Assembly (NCBI GenBank): GCA_964035545.1
Contig: OZ037767.1
Coordinates: forward strand, 13,935,801-13,999,800
From: Bugula neritina
Lineage: Eukaryota; Animalia; Bryozoa
Reading direction: 5' to 3'
Length of the DNA stretch: 64,000 bases
This document shows positions 1 to 13,070 of this stretch, one piece after another (the first letter of the stretch is position 1; each line of letters starts with the position of its first letter). The notes beneath the pieces were generated by a model. The model was not told the origin of the DNA, did not search any database, and saw only the letters and a program-made list of their open reading frames with translations. The translations under genes and the position numbers were made by a program.

Positions 1-216
1 ATTGTTTTAAATATAAATGGGTCTTCATCATCATTTAAGTTTTAAATGCTGAGACTAAACACTTCATGCAGGTGCTCTCTGGTAGAGCTAACTAGAGCTG
101 CAAATGATATGCCAAAGCAATTTTTTTACTAATGTAATATAATGTGTTATAACTTAATATCTCCTTTGAACAACGTATAACTAATTTTAACATTATTTTC
201 TGCATTTTCCCTGAAG

Positions 217-2577
217 GTTGGTACGGATGCTTATGGTAAAGGATTTGTTGAAGAATTTCAACGTTTCAAGGTGAATACAGGTGGGCTTACACTTCACGAT
301 TTGTTTTAGAGGTGTCAATATTTTGGTTTATACATTTGCTTACTATAACAGTTGTGAAGTATTTCTAAACACAGTGTTTTATTTGGTGATGATTCAAGGC
401 AGATTTTCCTTATTTTTAATTGACCAACAAGTAAACTCTTCGGTTGTTTTGCCTACCATGTTTCAAACTTTTATAACTTAAAGTAAATAACTCTCAGTGC
501 AGCTTCATTTTGATAACTACCTGTGATTCTCATGATTCCAGACTACATTGTCTCAACAGACGAGGCATCTACTGGGGTTGCCCCGTGTTTGGTTGATCAG
601 AATGGGTCCAGTGCTATTATAATTGTGAGTGGGGCAAACCTACTGCTCACACCACAAGAGATTGAACAAGCTGAGGAGGTCATCAAGAGTTCAAAGGTCA
701 TGATATGCCAACTAGAGGTCACACAAGAAGCTACACTGGCTGCCATGCGTTTGGCCAAAAAACATGGCGGTAAGTTGGTATTGGTTAATTATAAACAGGA
801 AGCTTTTGAAGATAGTTTTAGTTTTACCGATACTTCAGGCTGACCATTCTCATTGAATGTTGAGTTTTTTTAAAATTAAAGTTGTGTTTTAAAAAAGAAA
901 AGTTAGAATGTTAAAATTTAATTAAGTAAAACATAGCTTAACTATATTCTATTTGATACAGCTAACTGCAATTGCATTTGTAGCAATTTGGAAGACTTTT
1001 TATTGAAAAGGCTAGTCATTTTCACATTCTTTGTATCAATATTTTGAATGTTTCTTTGGTAGTGAAGACAATATTCAATCCTGCTCCAAAACCGGACAGT
1101 TTACCCGAGGAAATCTATTCTCTGTGTGATGTTTTCTGTCCCAACGAAACTGAGGTGAATAGACTTGATTTCACTTCTTTTATACACTGTAATCACTGCT
1201 GGGATAGCTATCAATATTAGTTATTTAGTACTATAATAAATACGACTAGGACTCTCTACTACTAGGACTATCTACTACTCATGCTGTCTACTCTTAGTAA
1301 TACCAGTACTACTGTTGCTGCTACTAAGATTGTCCCTGCTTACTATTAGTATTACTGCTAATACTGCTAACTGCTACTGTCTATTAACTAATAACTGTCG
1401 CCTAATCTTTAGTTTAATGAGCCTCGATGATTTCAGATAAAAAACCTAAGATGTTTGAAACTAAGAGTAGGCTTGACTTCAGAATAATTCAGCTATCCTT
1501 ATTTAATAACATTTAACATCACTTCAATTTATGTTACTAAAAGTGATTATTCTATCTCAATCAGCACTGTTTGTACATAGTGTGATGTCTCACACGGAGA
1601 TTATCCTGGTGTTACAGATAAAAATATCTTACTGTAGGTATCTGATACTGCTGTTACAACGATTGAGGAAGCTGGTGCAGCTGCAATACCATATTTAGAT
1701 AAAGGTTGCTCCACTGTAATAGTGACTCTAGGTGACAAAGGATGTGTATATGTAACTAAGGACGACCGTAAAGTCTGTCACGTTGCTTGTGATAAAGTGA
1801 ATGCTATTGATACTACAGTAAGTTGATTTTATTCATGTCGAATCATGAAATAGTTTTAAATAGTTTAAATATAACTAGGCAGCAAGTTGTAGTGACAGCA
1901 AATATAATCAAAGATTTTTTTTATTACTCCGTTTCATATTTTGTACCATTATAATGCTTGGGACGTATTGATTTTAACCACATATGTTTTGTGCAATGTA
2001 GAAATATATAGTTTAAAAAAGATATTATCATTCTTTTAGTTTTAAGCCTTAAATAATACATTCATAGCCCACTTTTGATCTTTTATTTTACTAAGTATAT
2101 TCTTCTGGTGAAAATATTGATGAATACTTTTTACCCAATCAGATTCGTTAGCACTTTTTTGAAAGATGTTAAGCTTTGTCGTTTTTAAACGAACTTTTAT
2201 ATGATTGTGCAATAAAATTGTTAGTGTAACTTATAGTTAAACTGAATGCTATATATATGAGAATTTCTTCTCTCCAAGTTAGCTTATGTCTACAATAATC
2301 GTTTCACAATGCCAAATATTGTTTACATGTTGCTAGGTAATAAGACAACTCCAACAGTTGGCGTGGTTCTGTTGAATAATATTATTTTTATATTCAGGGA
2401 GCTGGAGACAGTTTCGTTGGCTCTTTGGCGTACTTTATGTCATGTCACGCATCACTGCCTCTAGAGGAAATGATAAGGAGGTCTTGTCAGGTTGCTACTG
2501 TATCGGTACAGCGAGAAGGCACCCAAACCAGTTACCCCTACAAAGATGAACTCCCTCCAGAGCTTTTCTTACACTGA
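217..2577 (+). CDS. RBKS: Ribokinase (PfkB family), 5'-truncated by window; exons 217-280, 542-769, 1063-1154, 1638-1817, 2398-2577
   Basis: Phase-consistent GT-AG exons encode VGTDAYG, STGVAPCLVDQNGSSAIIIVSGAN, CQLEV, FNPAP, CPNETE, VIVTLGDKG, the PfkB signature AIDTT|GAGDSFVG, and the animal RBKS-type end GTQTSYPYKDELP. Confidence 0.95.
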
Positions 2578-4091
2578 CTGTACAATAAACTAGCTGCCAA
2601 TAATATATATAGGGTGAAGCTTGGTTTTGGTAAATTTATAGACTATTGTCACATTATCAGCATATAGAAGTATTTTCATTTTAAATAAATTTCTCTTAAC
2701 ATTTCTATCCAACAGTAGATTTGTGTGACTCAAGGATACTGTATTTGAGAGATCTACTTCATAATATAGCTTTGCTTAGTTTCATATTTTATAACGTGAG
2801 TTTTATTATACATTTTATAAGGTTGCATTGCGTAGTATTTCTGCCTGAAATGTTTTACCCATCTGTACCTTTGCCACTATTCTCAGTGACTATTATTGCA
2901 CAACTCTTTGTAAAGTATTTATCTATTATATAAGCAACCGAATGCTCAGTTGCCGCTCAACTCCAACACTGTCTACACGTAGAACTAAATGCTTTTTCTG
3001 TTCCTATACTGTTATTGAAATACAGTGTTTTAAGCTACTTAATAGCATTTTATTCCCATTTAGTATATAGTCTCAAAAAGTCGAATTTAAAATTGAATTA
3101 TTTCGCTGTAAATAAAAGTTGTTTGGTTGCAAATAAAAACATGGAAAGCTAAAGTGTACCATATATAAATATAATATAGTTTATAATTATTTGCATTCAC
3201 TCTCGTTATATTATATTTTGTCATTATTCATACAATTTAAAAGTGATAGAAATTAACACGCTTACAAAATTTTGACAGTGTTATATAGCAAATCTACAAA
3301 TATGTTATGGCTTAATACAGCACTTGGAATGTACAGTAGGGAGTATTTGATCATGAACTTCTGCATATCATATTGTGTCTAAGGTTTACAGATATGCATG
3401 CTTACACAAACTGTTGAAGAATAAGAAAAAACAAAACATAAAAGTAGAGTGTAATACACTAACCATCAGCTCTTCTCAAAAAATAATGTGTTAATTACTC
3501 AATGAAGCCAAAATCTTCAAGTATAACAAATTTCAAGTAACATCCACAACTCAATGTTCTTTTCACTAACAAACTTATATAAATAAATCAAATAATTTTA
3601 CTATAATGATAACTGTAAGTTAATAAATAAAGTTGCAAGTAATTAAAGCAGAAGCTCCCAAATGTTCTTATTGATAGTGCTATGACCATATCCCTTGGCT
3701 TTAGTTTTTTGAGAAGATGTTACTAGCCTTAGAGAGCAAAATATGTCAATAGAAGTAACTGAGCTTGATACTACTTAGGTACAAGTCTACATTATATAAA
3801 CACAGGCTATATGTTTTTATTATTTAAACAAAGACAGCATGCAGTTATGTAATATCTCATAGAGTTAATATAGACTAACATTTCAAAGCTTGCCAAGTAA
3901 TCAGTTTAAAGTACTTTAAAAATTTGTATTGTGAAACTATAATTTTCTCATCTCCCCTCACCAATATAAGGGACTAACGAATTACAGATATCTTGCAAGT
4001 AAATTATTTTAAAATATCTACTTTATATAATAGTTTTATTTAATAGATTATTAGGTGAATTATGACACCATGCAAGATCTTTTGTCTATAA

Positions 4092-4450
4092 CAAGACTGT
4101 CTAACAGGCAGCCCCAGGGCCGGATGTGACCCTCAGCCTACATTTATGTGGTTCATAAGGCATAAAAAATAGAATTATTTTGCACACTTATATGAATTAC
4201 AGTTGAAAAAACACCTTTTTAATACCTTATTTATATATATATGCAACAAAACATGCAGCTTGCAGTAGTTATTGAGACTTTATTGTGTAAAGATTCATGG
4301 GAATTTGAAATAAATTATTTTGAAAAATACTAATGCTGTGGCCCGCCAGCTCAAGCTAAAATCTACAATGTGTAGCCATCACACCTAAATATTCCATTTC
4401 AGTGGCCCTCACTCCAAAAAGGTCGGACATCCCCCCACCCCCACCCCCTG
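4092..4450. mobile_element. Non-autonomous hAT (Charlie/Buster-like) MITE
   Basis: Identical 8-bp flanks GTCTATAA (4084-4091, 4451-4458) fitting the nTCTAnAn target; degenerate TIRs CAAGACTGTCTAAC... / ...GTCGGACATCCCC..CCCTG; internal GGCCCG/GGGCC subterminal motifs. Confidence 0.75.
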
Positions 4451-4783
4451 GTCTATAAGTTAAGATATTACTACTTTCTGGTTCCATATTAGTAATATTT
4501 TATCAATTTTTGTCTGATATTGTTCATTTTGTTATAACTATATTTGCTTTCTGTGTTGAAATTATAGGCAACCTAGCTTATGTATATCTACACTGAAAGC
4601 AAAATGCCGCTGTTATACATGATGTACCATGGCTTGTTCTTACATGCAGCGACATATCACTGGAATTCCATCTACACTTGGCCTGTACAATCTGTAGAAC
4701 AGCTGGCTTGAGTGTTGGAGATGAAATAGGCTAATGGCTGTATAAATAACTCTTTTCTATAATTGATAATAAACATGTCCTAT

Positions 4784-5096
4784 TGTAGTAAACTGTGGGT
4801 TATGAATGCAACTAGTGCTTGAACATACTCTTTGCGTTAGAGAGAATAAGCCAAGTATTTGAATACGAATGAAAGATAAACTTTATTTGCATCAGATACA
4901 GCTTATGTGGTCCTACTACCAGCGAGCTCCAGTAGTAGTCTGAATCTACACTGGAAACTCGCCTGCTTTTATACACAAGAATTCACATCTAGAATGTTCC
5001 AACAGACAAAAGAAAGTTAAGCTTGACAGTAACAAAAGAAAAATAGACAAAGGAGAATGAATAATTCAATAGGCCAAGAATTTAGCTATAATAACA
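4784..5096 (-). mobile_element. Probable solo LTR
   Basis: TG...CA ends; on the minus strand TATAAAA is followed about 85 nt later by AATAAA; flanks TCCTAT/ACCTAT (5/6 match TSD). Confidence 0.5.
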
Positions 5097-5611
5097 ACCT
5101 ATTGAAGGCATTCATAAAAGCTACACAAATTTCCAGTATCAGTATTAATGCAAAACGATGAAATAGCAAAAAAGGGAAAATAACTCTGGAAATGCGTATT
5201 TAATGAAAATTACATTATACTGAAAGCTTAATCACAATAATAAGGCATTAGAAAGCTAGTGCAACTTAGCTACAATTACAGCATTCAAAATATACGCAAC
5301 AGTAATTATAATACTGACACACGCAGTTACTTGAAAACAGTAGAGGATGAGAATCTATCACACTATTACAATGGTCACAATGGTAAGTCACGTGGGCAAG
5401 TGATGCCATCACGTGAGTCATGCTTGGGAAAGGGTTTTTCTAACTTCCTCCTTTATTCTCCTAATAAATGATGTCGTTTGGTAATGCTTAATACAATTTG
5501 CTGTGAGTACAGCTGTAGTGAACTAGAAGGTGTTACTGGTGGAGAAGTTGGAGGTAGGTGCAGATTTGCAGCTTTATTCTGTATTGGCACTGATTCTAGC
5601 AGAAACTTAAG

Positions 5612-5697
5612 CAGTAGCCCCTGTGGTGTAATTGTTAGCCCGCTGGCTTGCAATCCGGAGGTTTGCGGTTCAATACCCGATTAAGGCAAATATTTTA
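5612..5697 (+). mobile_element. tRNA-like repeat, family A (copy 1)
   Basis: CAGTAGCCCCTGTGGTGTAATTGTTAGC...CTTGCAA...GGTTCAATACCCG...GGCAAATATTTT with A/B-box-like motifs; homologous to the copies at 30213 and 44375; stems are imperfect. Confidence 0.7.
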
Positions 5698-5762
5698 CAA
5701 CTTCTTGATTAATTAGAAAGAGTAGGGTAATTAAATTGTATCTTTCTCTGCTTTTAGGTAAA

Positions 5763-8146
5763 ATGGCTAGCCTTCTGCAGCAGTTTAGACAAGCCTTATT
5801 ACAGATTGAAGAAGACAACCTAGTAAATGCCATCTATGATCTAGAACAATGCTTACCCTTCATCTCTGTAGAGGAAAAGTATAACATATTGGTTCAATGG
5901 TGGCAGCCTTTGCACAAAGCTGCTGGAAAGGGTCATACAGACATTATCAGGCGCACACTAAATGGTTTAACAGCAAATCAAAAGATGAAGTTGCTCAAAA
6001 CTCAAGACGCTGCAGGAGATACAGCTTTGCACAGTGCAGTTGGAGGAAATCATTTGACAACCATAAGATATCTCCTTAATGAGATTTTAGTAGATGACAA
6101 AATTGAGCTATTAAAGATACAGGGTAACGATGGTGAGACATTGTTACACTACGCAGCAGGTAAAGGCCATACGGTTATTGTCAAATATTTGCTAGAGGAT
6201 ATTTCAATAGATCGAAGGTTTGAGCTACTCAAGGTGAAGGGAAGCTCTGGTGAGACTGCTATGCATTACGCAGCGTGTGAAGGTCATACAGATATTGTAA
6301 ATATCTTACTACACGAAATACCAGTAGACTTGAAAACAGAATTATTAAAAATTCAAAGCAATTATGGCGAGACAGCTATACACTATGCTGCATGGGATGG
6401 TCATCCAGACATAATAAACATCTTATTAGATGGTACATCAATGGAGAAAAAAATTAATTTGCTGAAAATACGAAGTGCGTTAGGTGAGACAGCTACACTT
6501 TATGCAGGATGGAAGGGTGATACAGATGTTATGGAATGTCTGCATACAGATCTATCAGTAAAGCATAAAGTGGACCTTTTAAAAACACGAAATATACATG
6601 GCGATACTGTACTAATACATGATGCAGGATTGAGAAGTAGCATACTTGTAAGCAAATGTATGCTAGACTGCGTACCAGCTGATCACAAGTTTGAGTTGCT
6701 CAAAATACAAGGCAGCGCTGGTAACACCGCCTTGCACAGAGCAGGGAAAGAAAATCACTCAAAAAAAATCCAATATTTATTAGGAGGTCTGTCAGTAGAC
6801 CAGAAAGTGTATCTTGCTAAGATACAAGACAACGCTGGTAACACCACTATGCATACAGCTGCTTGCATGGGCCACGTCTCTGTCATCACTCAGATGATGA
6901 GCCACCTACATCCTCACCACCAACTCGAGCTTCTCAATTATCTAAACAACACAGGAAAAACCTTGCTAGATATTGCCAGAGAACGCAGAAAAACTCGGTT
7001 AGTCTCATATTTGAAAAGCTTGAGGCGCAAAATATCCTCTTGCGTTGGCAGAGAGTTGCAGAAAAGTGCCAAACTGGGTACAAGCACCATAAGAACGAAA
7101 AGAAAAATTGGGACTAGCGCTTCCAAGATTAAACACTTAAAAGTTTCAAGTGAGTTATAATTAGCACTTCCTATACATTTAGTATTTGTTCAACTATTTA
7201 TGTAGAGAATAAAGAATTATGCTGATATAGTTCATGATTTGATCAGTAAAATGAGATATGCTTATTAGGTTTAAAGAGTTTAAACTCTTTAAGCGGTTAG
7301 CGTAGAACCACATGGGGTGTATTTTCGCAGACGAAAATTTGCATCACAAGCAAAAAAAGATTTCCACTGCACACAAACGCTGTGTCAGTGAAAGCGAAAA
7401 ACTACTATATAGCTAATAATATTTTCGTTTAGCTTTACTGCTCGCATTGTTTCTATGGCTACATGTGCGGGATAAACTGAATTTTCATTTTTAAATCTCA
7501 CTCCCTTTTAATAAAATGCAATTTAGTGGAATGTAGCACTAAATTAAGAAAAATGGGCTCGCTAAATAACTACCAGCCAATCAGGTAACGACGACAGAAA
7601 ATATTCGCACTTGTCGTTCAAGTGACAAACAAAAACGAGCCAAATAGTATTTAATGTCATTACTTTAAATCATGCAAGGTAAACTATTACAGCACCACAC
7701 CCGCTAACACCAACTGGCATTGCCCTACCACAGCAAGGAGGGATTGTTCCTGTAGCATCATGTGACCTACCATTAAATACTGCCATCACATCACAGCAAG
7801 GAGCACGGCAGAATCAAGATGATCTTTCAGCTGTGCCACATCTTGGAATATTTGAGAGTGAGTGATGAATAATTATGTGGGTTTTAAGAAAATAATATTT
7901 TGACAAATTGCTACTTAAATATATGTTTCATTTACTTAGGTCTTAAACAGTCGCGAAGGGACTATAAACAAAAAGAATATTTACGGTAATTGAAAAACAA
8001 CATAAGTGATGCACATTAATGAAAAGCCTATAATATTATTCCTGCTTTACGTTCTTTAATATTATACACAAGAAGGGAGGTAAATTGTAAAATAAAGATT
8101 AAAATAAATGATTTGCAGCCTGTTTTTTCCTTTGAAGATTCTATAA
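5763..8146 (+). CDS. Ankyrin-repeat protein (about 10 repeats, 39-aa period); main exon 5763-7149 (reads to stop at 7160 if unspliced), probable further exons 7693-7857, 7940-7985, 8119-8146
   Basis: Repeated G(D/E)TxLHxAAxxGHxxIVxxLL motifs; acceptor CTTTTAG just before ATG 5763; A|GTGAGT donor at 7149 and phase-matched open downstream exons. The main exon is well supported; the 3' exons less so. Confidence 0.85.
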
Positions 8147-9808
8147 TAGCTGAAGATCTCATTGATGAAATTGAAAGAGAGTGTGGGGCTGAGATCATGG
8201 GCTATTTGTTAAATGGCGGTAACTATGAATATAAATACATTATTGTGACTGGTCTACGCAATGCCTGTTTCCATTTCATGAATTTTTTCAAAGACGCTTC
8301 AACTCAAGTCAGAAAGATCTTTTAATGACTCTTGCATTGCTCCAAGCATTCTTAGCTTGATTAGTGGTTAGAAAATCAGTTTTCTTTGGTTATGAATATT
8401 CGATTCAAGCTTATTTGCTAAGGTTAATTAGGCAAAGCTCTATAAACATTTTAAATATAGTGTTATATAAAAACGATACAATGTTTTACGAATATCTTCA
8501 CTTGTAAGATAAAATGTGAAATTTTTCAAGGAAAACACAAATCTTTTAGGGAAAAAGCGTAAATTGTGGATAACTTTGAAAAATTAAAAATGGTTACATT
8601 ATCTCACCAGCTGCATGCTATAGACTATTTTATAAAACTTTGTACTGTATATGTGTAGTTGACAAATTTAATTCTTTTTCTATAGAGTAAAACTGTTTCA
8701 ACATCTCACTCTAATTTGAATATTTTACAGACATTTTCAAGGATTCATATCTCTAACTTTATTGTATACAAGAAAGAGTGAGGCAATGCCTTAATGTGCG
8801 ACACAAAATGAAATGTCATTAGGAAGTATTGAGAAAGAAATTGCGCCGAAGTCTAAACTATTATCTGCAATGGAAAAAGTGACTGCATTATATATATACA
8901 GTTGGTAGTCTCTAGCCTTATTTAATTAAGTGTTCACTTATATTGCATGGTTAATATAAACAAGTATGGGAAAGAATAAGCTAGAAAAAATAAATTCTAA
9001 ACTGTGAAATTCTAGCGCTGTATTATTAAATATTGTTATATTGTTAGATTTTTTACTTTTTTAATGACCTGTGCACTCCCATTTATAGCAACACAAAATT
9101 TTCAATATTTTTATTCCATTGCAATATACATGATGAAATCTTAGGTAGAAGGGACAACTCTAAATCAGATATACCACGTATATTCCACTACATTGATGTT
9201 GACAACTCAATTGGGATTAAATTAGTTTTAAACTAACAGAGTGTAACATTTGTTTCCACTGAAAAATTTAAAGCACAGTTATGTTTTAGTGTTTCAATTA
9301 CTCATTTATTTATCTCAACATTGATATAAATAAAACTGGTAATAAAAGGTGGGTGCAATAATGGAAGATTAGAACATGAAGCGTAAAAAAGGAGTTATGT
9401 TCTCTCAGCCATGTGAACCTAAGTCTCAAACCAACACTGTATGTAGACGATGAAATGCACTTGAGTATGTTCCGCTTTTCATTCATCTCCAGGTGGTTTA
9501 TTTACAGGTCAAAAAATGCAGTTACTTCAAAAATGAAAGTTTTCCACATAATTTCCGAGTTGAATAACAACTTTATTGACATTTTCAGTTAAGACCACAT
9601 TTTATTTAAAAAGTAGAGATATCATAATAACACAAGATCAGTAAAATAGTCAGATATATTATTTGCCTGAATTAATATAGGTACCAAGTTTATTAAACAA
9701 TTTTTTCTTTAAAAAACAATAAACTGAAATTATATTATACATACAAGTGTACAGCTCTAAAATACAGAAAAAAAAACTATATACATGCATACATTGTATA
9801 AAATGTAA

Positions 9809-12800
9809 TCACGATTTGGCCGGCATATGATTGGATGATGATTGTGCAGCAGACGGAGTGGGCGTGGCTAGAGATGGTTCCTCAGATTGTTTAATTTTTT
9901 TAGCTTTTCTCTCAGCCAAAGTCTCTTCAATTGTTCGTCTGTCTTTCTTGTTCTCTACTTTTACTACAGAGCAGGTCATGATGAAATTTAAACTCACAAA
10001 TAGAGATTAGATGGCCAAGTCATTACAGAACACTCAACATGTGATACTTTTTGAGACAGTTTAAAATGAAATAGCTAAGCAAATAGAAAAAAATATTAGT
10101 GCTTCAGGTCATGACTTGAATAAGCTGAAAGTCATACAAATACACGAGAAGTTACCTAAAAACTATCACAAAATGTTTGAAGACCCATCAAATACCGCAA
10201 ACAATAAATGCAATTGGGCTATCAATCTTTCAACCAAAATTCAAATTATGAGATCAACACCTCATACCCACCGATACATAAAGAGTTGATGTAATTTGAA
10301 TTTCACCCAATTCTCCCAGAACTTCAAAGGTTTACGAATTAAACTATAAATTCCCATCAATTAAAAAACCCACGTGGGTTTATGGTAGTAGTTTATAGTC
10401 CTGTGAGATAAGGGAAAGGACTTTTAAATCGGGCTAAGGATTTGATCATATGAGGCACAGGAGCAATTATGACTGGATGCTCTTCCTAACATCACCAATG
10501 GCCTTTACTGAGATTCAAACCACTAACCTCGTACTAAACCACGGCTCTAACCACTAGACCATGGCTGCTCCCTTCAAATTTCAATCAATAAAAACATAGC
10601 AAAATCAATAACTTTATAAACAATCAACTACGTTGCCTCCCATACCCTATTTGCAAATGTTCTCTTGCTAAAAGGAAATCTATTCTCAAACATAGTGTTT
10701 TTCAGATACAAACATAGACCATAGGAAAGCACAAGAAATAGCTACCAACCGTTGCCATATTGGCTGTTAGCAGCAACATCTTGAGCACCACTCTTTCCGA
10801 CCTCCTGACTAATGAGATGCGTGTACTTGGCACGGTAGTCTGTCTTTACTGGAGGACCTTTGTGATTCACCTTTCTCTTTCTCTCAGCTTCCATTTGCTA
10901 GGGATAAAAATTTAGCAATTCGTAAACTAAATACTATTTCATTGCATGAAAACGTATAGCGGTGAAAGTACCGATAATACAGAAATCTTATCTCATAGAA
11001 GAAGCTGATCTGGAATTTACAAAACTTAGTAAAACAAGAGACTCATAATTATATTAGCAGACAATTTTATAATTATTTGATTAATACAGAGTGTAAGTTG
11101 TTAGCCCGTGAAAATAATTTTGAATCAACAAATAAAGAATATTTCACATTCACAAAAACTTTTTTCATTTGCTAAACAAAACAAGATTTTGAGATGTCAA
11201 ATTACGATATAAAATCAAAGCTTTGACATCGTTTTCTCATCACTGACCTCACGTTTGGCTTTGATAATTTCACCCTTTTCTTCTGTCCACTCCTCACCTC
11301 TCCGTAAGACCGCCAGTTCATCGTCTCCTGGAGCAAACTCCTGTTGAAACACAGAAATGGAAGCACAATTCCTAACTAGCCAACTTTAGTAAAACGTAGC
11401 TCTATAATATACTGCATACCGTATAACATGAGGCTCTACAATATTCTGCTAAAGACTTCTTGAATTTACTGATATATTAAACATGTGAAAAGCAGAACAA
11501 ACCCTTTTCCAGATGATTAAATGTCTGTCCACTTCATCTTGACCAAATGCAAATGTCGTCAGCCCGGCATCGTCCGTGATTTCTCTTCTGTACAAGAAGA
11601 ACAACAATTACAAGTACTACTCGGAGTAAATATATGTCATAGCATATTATGAGTATTAATAAACTTGACGTGACATCGGCTAGTAAATAATATAAAACTA
11701 ATATTAACAGAAACTATTAAAATAACAAATAAATTGAATAGAATAAAAAGGAAACTTTGTTGCTGATGCTAGTGAAATAATCGGTAGTGTCAGCCTAAAA
11801 TGCTTCATTTTTAAATATTTCATATGAGCCATTCATGCAGCAAAAATATTCTCTTTTTAAATTAATAAGACAAGGTGTTCCTAATTTAACTGAAGCACCT
11901 GTAACATCATTTGCAACTCTACTAAATTTATTATTCTATGGTGAACCAATGGAAGCTACTAGAACTGTTGACTAATCTAATTGTTTTTGCATACGAAATG
12001 CATATGAATAATTAGGAATTCACGACTTTCAATCAGTTTAGCTACATATATGCTGAATATAATGTATATATACATGTGTAAGGCTTTATCAAAGCTACTA
12101 AAGATGTTGGAGGGGGGGGGGGGCATGAACATAACGGTAATTTTGTAGGCAGTCACAAAATCACAGTAAATTTACTTATGCCCTTACACTAACGCTCTAT
12201 CAACTTTCTCCATTGGTTCCAATTTCAATTTTTCAGCTTTTGGATCTTTCATAAAATCCTCAATTCTTGCCTTTATCTAAAAATAACAAAGGTTACTTTA
12301 ACAGTCAAATACAAATATAAATTATTGACTTCACAACAGTAGCAAAAACAATAAACTGGCAGATTAATGTAATTACCTTGGTCTTGAATGTCTGAATTCT
12401 TTTGTTTTCCTGCAGCTTCCATTTTTCCATTTGCTGTTTACGAGCTAGAAATACGGAAACGTAACCGATAATATTATATAAACAGGCTGAATACTGAATG
12501 GGTAATAAATCAGTTTGTAGATAATAAAACTTTAGCACAGTTCAAATTTTAATTGAATAAATGACTTTAGGCTCGACATCGGCACGAAATAATAACAAAA
12601 CCAAAATAACTATTGATAATAACAAAAGCACAAATCGAAAACCCTACAAGATTTAAAAGCAGAATAATGAATAATACACAGGAATTCGTAAAAGGATTAT
12701 AATAATTATTATTCAAGTTAAACCTAAAACTGTTATTTTCTTATTTAATCATTACTATAATACAATCATCATCATGACTGCAATTGCAAAACAATCACTC

Positions 12801-13070
12801 AATGATAAGATCATATAATAGTTTATTATGCTTAATTAATTTTAAACACAATTTGATCTGGTAATAATCAGTGAACTATTTTAATTTTCTAAAAGCTGGC
12901 AAAATTAATAACAATGAAAATAAAAATTAATTTTAATTTTCGTTTCAAATCCAAATGAAGGCAAAACTCAAACTCTACAAGTACAAACCATTTCTTTGCC
13001 TTTTTTCTTCTTCGGTAACAGTTGATGGAGGCTTGTCCATAGAACTCATTATAGAGCCCAGAATATCCAT
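9809..13070 (-). CDS. SPAG7: Sperm-associated antigen 7 homolog (R3H domain), 239 aa; exons 13070-12989, 12444-12377, 12276-12188, 11587-11503, 11340-11248, 10897-10750, 9963-9809
   Basis: MDILGSIMSSMDKPPS, LEPMEKVDRALV, AGLTTFAFGQDEVDRH, EFAPGDDEL..LRRGEEW, DYRAKYTHLI, NKKDRRTIEE match the SPAG7 pattern; exons sum to 720 nt in frame. Confidence 0.95.
10365..10572 (-). mobile_element. tRNA-derived SINE, family B (copy 1)
   Basis: Reverse complement begins GGAGCAGCCATGGTCTAGTGGTTAGAGC...GGTTTGAATC, then the core GTTAGGAAGAGCATCCAGTCATAATTGCTCC...CCTTAGCCCGATTTAA shared with the copies at 36800 and 59520. Confidence 0.8.

Noticed and set aside
5259-5684. Short ORFs upstream of the ankyrin gene
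   Set aside because: They overlap the tRNA-like repeat and show no recognisable protein features.
5612-5697. Functional tRNA-Ala gene (also 30213 and 44375)
   Set aside because: Acceptor and anticodon stems do not pair well and the copies differ in the anticodon loop; treated as repeats.
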